Assembly (NCBI GenBank): GCA_001794635.1
Contig: MGKE01000006.1
Span: 7,100-71,099, forward strand
Reading direction: 5' to 3'
Length of the DNA: 64,000 bases
Source of the DNA: Candidatus Yanofskybacteria bacterium RIFCSPLOWO2_01_FULL_39_28
GTDB lineage: Bacteria > Patescibacteriota > Minisyncoccia > 2-02-FULL-40-12 > GWA2-44-9
Shown here one piece after another: positions 1 through 7,433 of this stretch. The notes under the pieces are model-generated. The model did no database searches, was not told the DNA's origin, and saw nothing but the letters and a program-made list of their open reading frames with translations. Numbering within the stretch: the stretch's first letter is position 1; each line of letters starts with the position of its first letter. Position numbers and translations under genes: made by a program.

Positions 1-48
1 ATAATTTACAGGGAATCAAGCAATTATTCCAAGAAATATTAAAATAAT

Positions 49-849
49 ATGCTCTCTATTATCATCGTCAACTTCAAAAATCCGCCATTGTTACGACTCT
101 GTTTAAAGTCACTGAAAAACTCTTTGCCAGCTGACTTTGCTCATGAAATTTTAGTTGTTGACGTTGCCAGTACAATTGAAACAAGAAATGTCGCATCTGA
201 ATTTATTGGGGTAAGACTGGTTAATTTTAAAGAAAACGTCGGTTATACTAAAGGAGTAAATGAGGGGATTAAGGCAAGTATTGGTGACATTGTTTTTGTA
301 ATAAATCCTGATATTATTCCTCTGAAAAAAGGTATTGAAAAAATGACCGAATACATCAAAACAAATCCTGACGTAGGTTTAGTTGGCCCACAGCTTTTGA
401 ATTTTGACGGAAGTATCCAGAATTCGTCTTTTAGTTTTTATGGGCCAATGACCATAATTTATAGAAGAACTTTTTTGGGAAGACTACCTTGGGCCAAGAA
501 AGAATTAAATCGTTTTTTAATCACTAACAGCAATAAGACTCAAACATCTAAAGTTGACTGGGTAATGGGTTCTGCTCTGATGGCGACTAAACAGTCTATC
601 AACAAAGTCGGACTTATGGACGAAAACTTGTTTCTGTATATGAGCGAGGTTGACTGGGCTAAAAGGTTTTGGGAAAATGGCTATAGGGTGATTTATTTCC
701 CGGAAGCCCAAATGTATCATTATCACCGTCGTGGCTCAAAGGGGCGCCTTGATGCTTTTGATATAATTAAAAAAGAAACTCGCTGGCATATCAAAGATGC
801 TATTAAATTTTTCAGAAAACACGGAATCCGAGCCAAAAGTTTTTGTTAA
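49..849 (+). CDS. family 2 glycosyltransferase
   Basis: 266-aa ORF with a GT-A/GT2-like N-terminus (IIIVNFKN, VVDVAS, INPDI). Its stop directly abuts the next gene. Confidence 0.75.
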   Translation: MLSIIIVNFKNPPLLRLCLKSLKNSLPADFAHEILVVDVASTIETRNVASEFIGVRLVNFKENVGYTKGVNEGIKASIGDIVFVINPDIIPLKKGIEKMTEYIKTNPDVGLVGPQLLNFDGSIQNSSFSFYGPMTIIYRRTFLGRLPWAKKELNRFLITNSNKTQTSKVDWVMGSALMATKQSINKVGLMDENLFLYMSEVDWAKRFWENGYRVIYFPEAQMYHYHRRGSKGRLDAFDIIKKETRWHIKDAIKFFRKHGIRAKSFC

Positions 850-850
850 A

Positions 851-2146
851 ATGAATCCCGTTAGAAGTCTCGCTCGCGACAATGTCACGAGTCCACAGGA
901 CCTCGGCGGGGCTACTTCTAACGGGATGAATTCTAACAGCAGAAAAATTATAATCGTCTCAGTTTTTGTATCCCTCATAGTTGGTTTTGGGATCGGTTTT
1001 TGGTTTGCTAGCGGTGAAATAAACAGTAATTTACCGATCGTCAGGGAATTGATAAACCAAAATCTTGGCCAACCAGAAAAATTGGATTTCTCTTTGTTTT
1101 GGGATGTTTGGAACACACTTAGCGCTAAATATGTTGATCCTACCAAATTAGATAATCAGAAAATGCTCTACGGCGCTATAAGTGGTATGGTAGACAGCTT
1201 AGGTGACCCATACACGGTTTTTCTTGAGCCAAAAATAAGCGAAAAATTCCAAGAAGAAATATCCGGAGCTTTTGGCGGAGTGGGTATGGAGATTGGTAAA
1301 AGAAACAATGCCCTAACTGTCATTGCTCCATTGAAAGACACTCCAGCATATCGGGCAGGAATTAAAGCCGGGGACAAAATTCTCAAGATTGACGGTAAGG
1401 TAACCGGGGATTTATCAGTTGAAGAAGCTGTTAATTTAATAAGGGGTAAAAAGGGAACAAAAGTGGTTATTACTATTTCAGATAATGGCAACACAAAAGA
1501 TGTTGAATTAGTGCGTGATGTAATTAAAATTCCGTCTGTAGAATGGAAATTGTTAAATGGAGATGTTGCTTATTTGCAGGTTTATACATTTAACCAAAAT
1601 ATTGATGCTGATTTTCAAAAAGCTGTTGAACAAATACTCAAGTCATCAGCCATCAAACTTGTAGTTGATTTAAGAAATAACCCCGGAGGACTTCTTGATT
1701 CGGCTATTAATTTATCGGGTTGGTTTTTAAATGACGATCAGATTGTTACTATGCAAGAGTTTAGAGACGGCACTAGAGAAGAATTCCGAAGCAAAGGCAA
1801 CAGCGCTTTGAGAATATATAGAACCCTTTTCTTAATAAATGGCGGTTCAGCTTCAGCTTCAGAGATTTTGGCCGGCGCGGTTAATGATAATTTAAACATA
1901 CAATTAGTTGGAGAAAAGAGTTTTGGCAAAGGTTCGGTTCAGCAATTGGAAGAATTTAAAAACGGCTCATCACTTAAAGTCACCATCGCCAAATGGCTTA
2001 CACCAAATGGACGCTCAATCACCGATCTTGGCATTGAACCAAATGTTGAAGTAAAAATGCCAGAGGATCCAGAAGAGGGTGAAATTGAGATTGGGACGCC
2101 GGGGAAGGATCCGCAATTGGATAAGGCGCTTGAATTACTAAAATAA
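851..2146 (+). CDS. S41 carboxy-terminal processing peptidase with PDZ domain
   Basis: The ORF-track ORF starts at 797. ATG at 851 sits right after the upstream stop. It has an N-terminal TM segment, a PDZ-like segment (GIKAGDKILKIDG) and the S41 motif GGSASASEILAGA. Confidence 0.85.
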   Translation: MNPVRSLARDNVTSPQDLGGATSNGMNSNSRKIIIVSVFVSLIVGFGIGFWFASGEINSNLPIVRELINQNLGQPEKLDFSLFWDVWNTLSAKYVDPTKLDNQKMLYGAISGMVDSLGDPYTVFLEPKISEKFQEEISGAFGGVGMEIGKRNNALTVIAPLKDTPAYRAGIKAGDKILKIDGKVTGDLSVEEAVNLIRGKKGTKVVITISDNGNTKDVELVRDVIKIPSVEWKLLNGDVAYLQVYTFNQNIDADFQKAVEQILKSSAIKLVVDLRNNPGGLLDSAINLSGWFLNDDQIVTMQEFRDGTREEFRSKGNSALRIYRTLFLINGGSASASEILAGAVNDNLNIQLVGEKSFGKGSVQQLEEFKNGSSLKVTIAKWLTPNGRSITDLGIEPNVEVKMPEDPEEGEIEIGTPGKDPQLDKALELLK

Positions 2147-2310
2147 AACTCGCTCTCGGCTATTGCCTTTCGGGACACGCTTGCGGCCCCAGCGAGGCCG
2201 CTTCGCTATGTGAAGTTGCCGCCTTTGTCAAGGAAAGACCATTGACAAACCATGCAGTCTGGCAACTTCAAATGTCCCGATAAGACAATAGCCTGCGCTC
2301 ATTTTATTTT
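2141..2310. repeat. GC-rich branched imperfect palindrome (element A)
   Basis: The outer arms pair (aaaataaaa..ggctattg..cgggaca with tgtcccga..caatagcc..ttttatttt). Inner hairpins are gcggcc/ggccgc and gaagttgcc..ttgtcaa/ttgacaa..ggcaacttc. It lies between convergent genes. Confidence 0.6.
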
Positions 2311-2380
2311 TAATAATCGCTCGTTTGTTTTTACAAATAGCCCGCCACTTTTTTATTTGCTCAATAGCCTTCTCTTGTAA

Positions 2381-2414
2381 TTTTTAAAAAATTAAAAGGC
2401 CCGCGTCGGCGGGC
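2381..2414 (-). terminator. intrinsic terminator of the 2431-2706 gene
   Basis: GCCCGC-GTCG-GCGGGC hairpin (2399-2414), followed on the minus strand by a U-rich run (forward A-run 2381-2397). Confidence 0.6.
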
Positions 2415-2430
2415 ATCCGGATTGTAGTAG

Positions 2431-2706
2431 CTAGAGGTGCGTGCCTCTATTGTTAGTGTTTTCGTAAAAGCCACATTCTGGATGAGTGCAAAAAAGAAGT
2501 GGTTTAGACGACCACGTTCTTTTTCTTCTTGTTAAAGCACTTTGGAAGATACCAACGACTTTTACCATGCGGCGACCACAATGCCAATTAATCCAAGATT
2601 TTCCAGTCATCTTAACTCCTCTGAAATTGCGAACATTACCAAAATGTATAATTGCCAGCTCTGTATAATAAGAACTATCAAGCTCATCAATACTTCTTTC
2701 TACCAT
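2431..2706 (-). CDS. hypothetical small Cys/His-containing protein
   Basis: Start moved to ATG 2706, preceded by AAAGGAGAG. The 91-aa product has WHCGRR and CTHPEC motifs. No family recognised. Confidence 0.45.
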   Translation of the reverse strand: MVERSIDELDSSYYTELAIIHFGNVRNFRGVKMTGKSWINWHCGRRMVKVVGIFQSALTRRKRTWSSKPLLFCTHPECGFYENTNNRGTHL

Positions 2707-2814
2707 AATCTCTCCTTTTTGGTGTACTTCGGGCCACCATAACCAAAGCATAAATTATATAACTAAACTTGTCAAGTTGTGAGGAGTAGGTAATTTTAGT
2801 AGAATTATAGGATT

Positions 2815-3270
2815 ATGCGTGTAATACTTCTACAAAATATTAAGGGTGTCGGGAGGATGGGGGATATTAAGAATGTGGCCGATGGCTATGGGCGGAATTT
2901 TTTGATTGGGAGGGGGTTGGCTAAGTTAGCGACCGAGGGGACAATCAAAGAAGCTGATGCTCTCAAGAAAAAAGCAGAAGCAGGAGAAAAAGTTGCTCAC
3001 GACAAAGCCAAAGAAGTTGCCGAAAAAACAAAAGATATTGTTTTGGAATTTACCAAAAAGACCAGTAAGGCCGGCAAGCTTTTTGCTTCAGTTACCAAAG
3101 AAGAAATTGCCGAAGATATCTCCAAAGCTGTTGGCGGTAAAATAGAAGCTGATGCAATTAATCTCCGTGAACATGGAGAGCATATCAAACAAGAAGGGGA
3201 ACACATGATTGAGGTAGAACTCGCACCCGACATCAAAGTTGAACTCAAGGTGATAGTGAAAGGGGAGTAG
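2815..3270 (+). CDS. rplI: 50S ribosomal protein L9
   Basis: MRVILLQNIKGVGRMGDIKNVADGYGRNFL is the typical L9 N-terminus. Lys/Glu-rich linker helix; 151 aa. Confidence 0.9.
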   Translation: MRVILLQNIKGVGRMGDIKNVADGYGRNFLIGRGLAKLATEGTIKEADALKKKAEAGEKVAHDKAKEVAEKTKDIVLEFTKKTSKAGKLFASVTKEEIAEDISKAVGGKIEADAINLREHGEHIKQEGEHMIEVELAPDIKVELKVIVKGE

Positions 3271-3372
3271 TTTTGATCTATTTCCTAACCAATTTATCAT
3301 CCAGTTCGCTTTTTTAACAAATTCATCAATATTTATTATATCATTGCGCTCATATAGGAGCCTCAATGACTA

Positions 3373-3469
3373 TTATTCCTACAAAAATTTAGTGACACCG
3401 TATGCATTAAAAGTTATGATATATCATAACTTTTAATTTTTCAGACTAAATTTTTGTGAATAGGAATAA
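3373..3469. repeat. nested palindrome (97 bp) in a non-coding gap
   Basis: Perfect 32-bp palindrome ATTAAAAGTTATGATA|TATCATAACTTTTAAT (3406-3437). It is nested inside outer arms ttattcctacaaaaatttag / ctaaatttttgtgaataggaataa. Confidence 0.7.
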
Positions 3470-3552
3470 TTTCATAAATATCTTGAATTTGTAGTAAAGC
3501 CGCTCAAAGGATTCAAAATTGGCAAGGAAATAGCTCTTTGCTTGCCTACACT

Positions 3553-3595
3553 AAAAACGAAACGTCCCCACCGCTTTTTAAAGCAAATGGGGACG
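3553..3595 (-). terminator. intrinsic terminator of the 3598-4215 gene
   Basis: CGTCCCCA (3563-3570) pairs with TGGGGACG (3588-3595). On the minus strand a UUUCGUUUUU run follows. Confidence 0.6.
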
Positions 3596-3597
3596 AG

Positions 3598-4215
3598 TTA
3601 TATCCACTCCTTCCAGGGGGCACGAATGTGCCACCGGAAACGTATCATCGGAAATGCAATCACGAGCGGACCGATGACCATCCAGATGGGCAGGATGTAG
3701 TTGGCGGGCGTATGATTGGTAATGGCGAAAATCGCCAAACCGTAGGCAATCGCAAACGCCACCCAGGCAAAAGGACGATCTTTGTCTGGATTTCTCAAAA
3801 CAAACTTGAATGTTGGAATGGCTGAACAGATATCGGCCAAGATGGCCAGATAGAGAGCATATTGCACCAGCTCTTTTACCTGATTCAGTTTCAACCAAAG
3901 TCCAAGTGAAATCACACAGATGGCGATACACACCGCTTCAATCCGGTCCGGTTTGATCCAGCCATTTCTGCCCAGCCGTTTGATGGTAAGCATCATAACA
4001 ATGAAAGGGTTGGTAAACCCAAACACCGCTGGCCAAACATTGGCTTCTGCTCCAGAACTCTTGTAGGTGACCAGGAGCGCGAAACCAATCAGAGCCCAGA
4101 GAACCCAACTGGTGATCTGGGTCTCAATCTTGCCCTGATAAACACGGATCGCGTACGGAATAACACTGACAACTACCAGCGCTCCCGAAAGCATACCGAT
4201 TTGGTTTGCACTCAC
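3598..4215 (-). CDS. multi-pass membrane protein, unknown family
   Basis: 205-aa ORF with a GTG start and 6-7 hydrophobic segments. It has its own TTGATT-17-TATAAT promoter (about 4233-4261, minus strand). Noticeably GC-richer than neighbours: 35/60 GC hand-counted for 3661-3720. Confidence 0.6.
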   Translation of the reverse strand: MSANQIGMLSGALVVVSVIPYAIRVYQGKIETQITSWVLWALIGFALLVTYKSSGAEANVWPAVFGFTNPFIVMMLTIKRLGRNGWIKPDRIEAVCIAICVISLGLWLKLNQVKELVQYALYLAILADICSAIPTFKFVLRNPDKDRPFAWVAFAIAYGLAIFAITNHTPANYILPIWMVIGPLVIAFPMIRFRWHIRAPWKEWI

Positions 4216-4298
4216 TCAGTAGAAAGAAAATCTTTTAATTATAACACATTTATTAAATAAAATCAAATTTTTGATCCAAACTAAAAATACCTGTAAAT

Positions 4299-4328
4299 TT
4301 GACATGTGGATATCGACAATGCTATACT
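4299..4328 (+). promoter_or_regulatory. sigma70-like promoter
   Basis: TTGACA (4299-4304), 18 nt, TATACT (4323-4328). It points into the structured element. Confidence 0.4.
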
Positions 4329-4331
4329 GAT

Positions 4332-4516
4332 AGCAAGGTGGTAAGCCTGCTGTGAACGAGATCGTTCGTAACTCTGAAGAGCTCCCAATTTGGGGGCTTT
4401 TCTGTTTTTAATAATATAATTTACAGAGATGAAGGAATTCCCGAAGGCTTCCGGAGGTTTTAAAGCTATTGTTTGTCTATCCTGGAGCACCGGTTGAAAA
4501 AATGGTGAGGAAAGTG
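4332..4516. ncRNA. unclassified structured element, copy 1 (paralog of 25087-25282)
   Basis: Shares conserved blocks with the second copy: agcaaggtggtaa, a stem-loop with compensatory changes, a 34/35-identical aatttacNgagatgaaggaattcccgaaggcttcc, ttgtct and agcaccgg. Strand and class are unresolved. Confidence 0.35.
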
Positions 4517-4535
4517 GTTTGTGACACTATCGTTT

Positions 4536-4564
4536 TTGACTTTTAATTTAGAATATGTTACAAT
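4536..4564 (+). promoter_or_regulatory. sigma70-like promoter of the 4574 gene
   Basis: TTGACT (4536-4541), 17 nt, TACAAT (4559-4564). The ATG is 9 nt downstream with no SD. Confidence 0.45.
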
Positions 4565-4573
4565 TAAAAGATT

Positions 4574-5365
4574 ATGGAAACTGCGCCTAGTATAGGTAAA
4601 TACTCGGTCTTATTCTTGCTCATTGTGGGTATTTTTTTGGCTTTGTTTCTAATTCCTTCAGATATAGGCCAAGCCCAGCAAACAAGTCCATCCACCTCAG
4701 CCAAACCAGCCAATTTCAGTGATTCTATAGCTGCTAATACGCTTTGTAGCGCCGGTTTGGGATGCGATAAGGTTGGCCAGCAGTCAATATCTCCAATTCC
4801 TGATTTAACCAGTATTTTCAATACCTCTAATGATGGTCCAAACTATGACCCAGTTATCAGTATCGTTAATGTTCCTGGCCAGACGGCAGTTTACAGAATA
4901 ATTAACGGCCACAAACACGCCATTCCAACGGAAGAGATATTTTATAGTTATGGTTTTGATTTGGATATTGTCCAAAAAATTACCAAATCAGAATTAGACA
5001 AATACCCTTTGGCCAGATTGTTTATCGTTGAAGATTCAGGCGAAGAAAATCCCACAGTACATTATTTAACCGAGAGCGGAATGTTGAGGCCGGTTTTAAA
5101 CTATAAAGTATTTTATTCTTATGGCAACAGAAAAGAGGATATAATCACTATCAACCAAAAAGAATTTAATCATTACCCTAAAAACCAATTCGTTTATATT
5201 GAAAGACCTCAAATGAGTCGTGATATTTATCAGATAACCGGCGGAGTTAAGAGGTATTTAACCCCGATTGCTGTTAAAAGGATGAACTTAAAAGAAAAAG
5301 AAATAGCCCCGATTAATCAAGTTGAATTTGATGAGTATCCCGATGGAGAGCCGGTTATATACTAG
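4574..5365 (+). CDS. secreted/membrane-anchored hypothetical protein
   Basis: 263-aa ORF with an N-terminal hydrophobic signal/anchor (LFLLIVGIFLALFLIP). No family recognised. Confidence 0.55.
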   Translation: METAPSIGKYSVLFLLIVGIFLALFLIPSDIGQAQQTSPSTSAKPANFSDSIAANTLCSAGLGCDKVGQQSISPIPDLTSIFNTSNDGPNYDPVISIVNVPGQTAVYRIINGHKHAIPTEEIFYSYGFDLDIVQKITKSELDKYPLARLFIVEDSGEENPTVHYLTESGMLRPVLNYKVFYSYGNRKEDIITINQKEFNHYPKNQFVYIERPQMSRDIYQITGGVKRYLTPIAVKRMNLKEKEIAPINQVEFDEYPDGEPVIY

Positions 5366-5380
5366 AATTTAGCCTGAAGT

Positions 5381-5418
5381 AACACAAATGGCACCTTTGC
5401 AAAGGTGCCATTTGTGTT
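5381..5418 (+). terminator. perfect 38-bp palindrome / terminator-like hairpin
   Basis: AACACAAATGGCACCTTTG|CAAAGGTGCCATTTGTGTT starts 16 nt after the stop of the 4574-5365 gene. There is no clear U-run. Confidence 0.45.
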
Positions 5419-5459
5419 ATAAACTGGGCTAGATCTTTTTAATGAGGTAAAATGGGACA

Positions 5460-6407
5460 ATGATAAAAGAAACAATAATTACCGTTGATATTGGAGCAAG
5501 CAAGGTTCATTTTGCGGTAGTTGAGGGTAATAATCTAATTGAGTATTCAGAAATTCCTCAAGTTGGTTTGGTTAATATTGGATTAGATAACCAAAAACTT
5601 CTTGAAATTATCTCTGGTGGGGTTAAAAAAATAATTTCAATATTAACAAAACAAAAAGAAACGGTTTCAGCGATTAGTATTGGCAGTCCGGGTTCACTTG
5701 ATTCTGCAACCGGAATAATACAAAATCCTCCAAATTTAAAAGGCGTAATAAATTTTCCTATTGTTGACGAACTTAAAAAACTTTTTGACGTGCTAGTTTT
5801 TCTCTTAAATGATGCTGATGCGGCTGCTTTGGGGGAGGGGTGGTTAGGCGCGGGTCAAGGATTCAAGGATATTGTTTATATAACTCTTAGTTCCGGAGTA
5901 GGTAGCGGTATTATTAAAGATGGAAAACTCCAAAACAAAAGAGAACTAGGCCATGAACAATTTGTGGTTAGAGACGAACAACGAACTTGCAGTTGCGGTG
6001 AAAGTAATCATGCCGAAGCGTTTTTGGGTACAAACGGCCTTGCTGAAACTTCCGCCCAAATTATGGGTACAAAATTCAGCGACATGAAAACCGAAGATAG
6101 ATATAAAATATCAATTGAGATGAGAAAGGGAGCGAGTAATGGCGATGAAAAGTGGCTGGCTTTGGAAGATAAATATTCTGAACATTTGGGAATATTTTTA
6201 AATGAAGTAATTACAAACAACCGACCTCAAATAATAATTTTGGGTGGTGGAATAATTCAAGAAAACACCCGACTTCTTAATAAAACCAAACAACACCTCA
6301 AAAAATTTTCAGAAACCGAAGAGGTTCCCATAGTTCTTGCAAAGTTGAAAAATCCTGTTAATCTTGGAGTAGCTAAATATGCTCTTGAACAATTAAAAAG
6401 GAACTAA
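5460..6407 (+). CDS. ROK-family sugar kinase (glucokinase-like)
   Basis: N-terminal ATP-binding motif VDIGASKV; the DADAAALGE motif; a Cys/His cluster CSCGESNHAEAF typical of ROK proteins. Confidence 0.8.
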   Translation: MIKETIITVDIGASKVHFAVVEGNNLIEYSEIPQVGLVNIGLDNQKLLEIISGGVKKIISILTKQKETVSAISIGSPGSLDSATGIIQNPPNLKGVINFPIVDELKKLFDVLVFLLNDADAAALGEGWLGAGQGFKDIVYITLSSGVGSGIIKDGKLQNKRELGHEQFVVRDEQRTCSCGESNHAEAFLGTNGLAETSAQIMGTKFSDMKTEDRYKISIEMRKGASNGDEKWLALEDKYSEHLGIFLNEVITNNRPQIIILGGGIIQENTRLLNKTKQHLKKFSETEEVPIVLAKLKNPVNLGVAKYALEQLKRN

Positions 6408-6533
6408 ATGAATCCTTTGTTAGAGTGGATAATAATCGTATTTCTTTCGGTAATTTTTATCTGGCTCGCTATTAGAAGATTTAATTTTATGAAAAAGAAG
6501 GGGATTAAGGACGATGATAGGTTACTTTGAGAT
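6408..6533 (+). CDS. possible 41-aa single-TM micro-protein
   Basis: ATG directly follows the ROK stop (TAAATG). Product is MNPLLEWIIIVFLSVIFIWLAIRRFNFMKKKGIKDDDRLL. It overlaps the next start by 20 nt and is below the ORF-track length cutoff. Confidence 0.3.
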
Positions 6534-7371
6534 TCTAGGGGCTGTAGCAATATGGGCCTTTTTCAATGGGGTTCTTGTAAGAGGAATTAAGACATCTGGA
6601 GTTGGAGTTGGAATTTGGACAGCTTTAGTTGGACTCGTTACTTTTCTTATTATATTTTTATTTTTTGGCCTAGATCCTCTTAATGGTGTAACCTCAAAAC
6701 AAGCCCTCTATCTTCTCTGGTTGGGTATCTTTGCTGCTCTAAATAATACTTGCTATTACACCGCATTAAAAATATCTATTCCAGTTGCGGCTTTATTTCA
6801 TTATCTTGCCCCATTGATAGTTATTGTTTGGCCGCTGCTGTTCCCGATATTTTATGAACCAATTGAGGTGTCAGATATAATCGCCGCCATGATTGGTTTG
6901 GCTGGGTTTTTCTTTATTGCTAAATCTAGTTTAAAAACTGGTAATCGCACATTATTTTATCTAGGAGCCGGTTCAGCAATTTTTTATAGTTTAGAGATTA
7001 TATTGAGCGGTTATGTTTCAAATAATCTTAGTACACCAGCCGCGGCGGCAACGTTTTTTAAGTTCTTATTTCAAGCTTTGACGATGGTTCTAATGGGTTG
7101 GGTGTTCAGGGAGTCTTTAACTGTTAAAAATAAACTAGATTGGTTAAAAATAACTGCCGGCGGATTACTTTTGTATTTTTCGTTCATGTTATATTTTTAC
7201 GGTTCAGTTAGTGTTTCTTCTCTTGAGCGGGGAGTGTTAGGGTATATTGATAGAATAGGCGCTATTGTTCTGGGGTGTTGGTTTTTTAAAGAAGAGCGAG
7301 CAAAGCTTACAAAAGAAGTTTGGATAGGCGGAGCACTTATCTTGGGAGCGGGATTACTAATACTTGTATAA
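6514..7371 (+). CDS. EamA/DMT-family transporter
   Basis: 285 aa with about 10 TM segments in two similar halves, typical of drug/metabolite transporter permeases. Confidence 0.75.
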   Translation: MIGYFEILGAVAIWAFFNGVLVRGIKTSGVGVGIWTALVGLVTFLIIFLFFGLDPLNGVTSKQALYLLWLGIFAALNNTCYYTALKISIPVAALFHYLAPLIVIVWPLLFPIFYEPIEVSDIIAAMIGLAGFFFIAKSSLKTGNRTLFYLGAGSAIFYSLEIILSGYVSNNLSTPAAAATFFKFLFQALTMVLMGWVFRESLTVKNKLDWLKITAGGLLLYFSFMLYFYGSVSVSSLERGVLGYIDRIGAIVLGCWFFKEERAKLTKEVWIGGALILGAGLLILV

Positions 7372-7372
7372 A

Positions 7373-7404
7373 CCCCCACACTCATACATGTAGGAGTGTG
7401 GGGG
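7373..7404. terminator. bidirectional terminator hairpin
   Basis: CCCCCACACTC / GAGTGTGGGGG, an 11-bp stem between convergent genes. A second hairpin GAGGC/GCCTC plus TTTT lies at 7416-7435. Confidence 0.6.
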
Positions 7405-7433
7405 TAAACAAAAAAGAGGCAAATCGGCCTCTT

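Noticed and set aside
4332-4516. Known riboswitch classes for the duplicated element: cobalamin (GGUGGUAAUCC-like), Mn yybP-ykoY (GGGAGUAG), glycine, M-box and T-box. RNase P, SRP and 6S RNAs were also considered.
   Set aside because: Only isolated 6-10 nt resemblances exist, and they are not conserved between the two copies. The hallmark boxes are absent: the B12 box, the T-box 14-mer, the RNase P GAGGAAAGUCC together with ACAGAA..GGCUUA, and the SRP GGAA tetraloop context.
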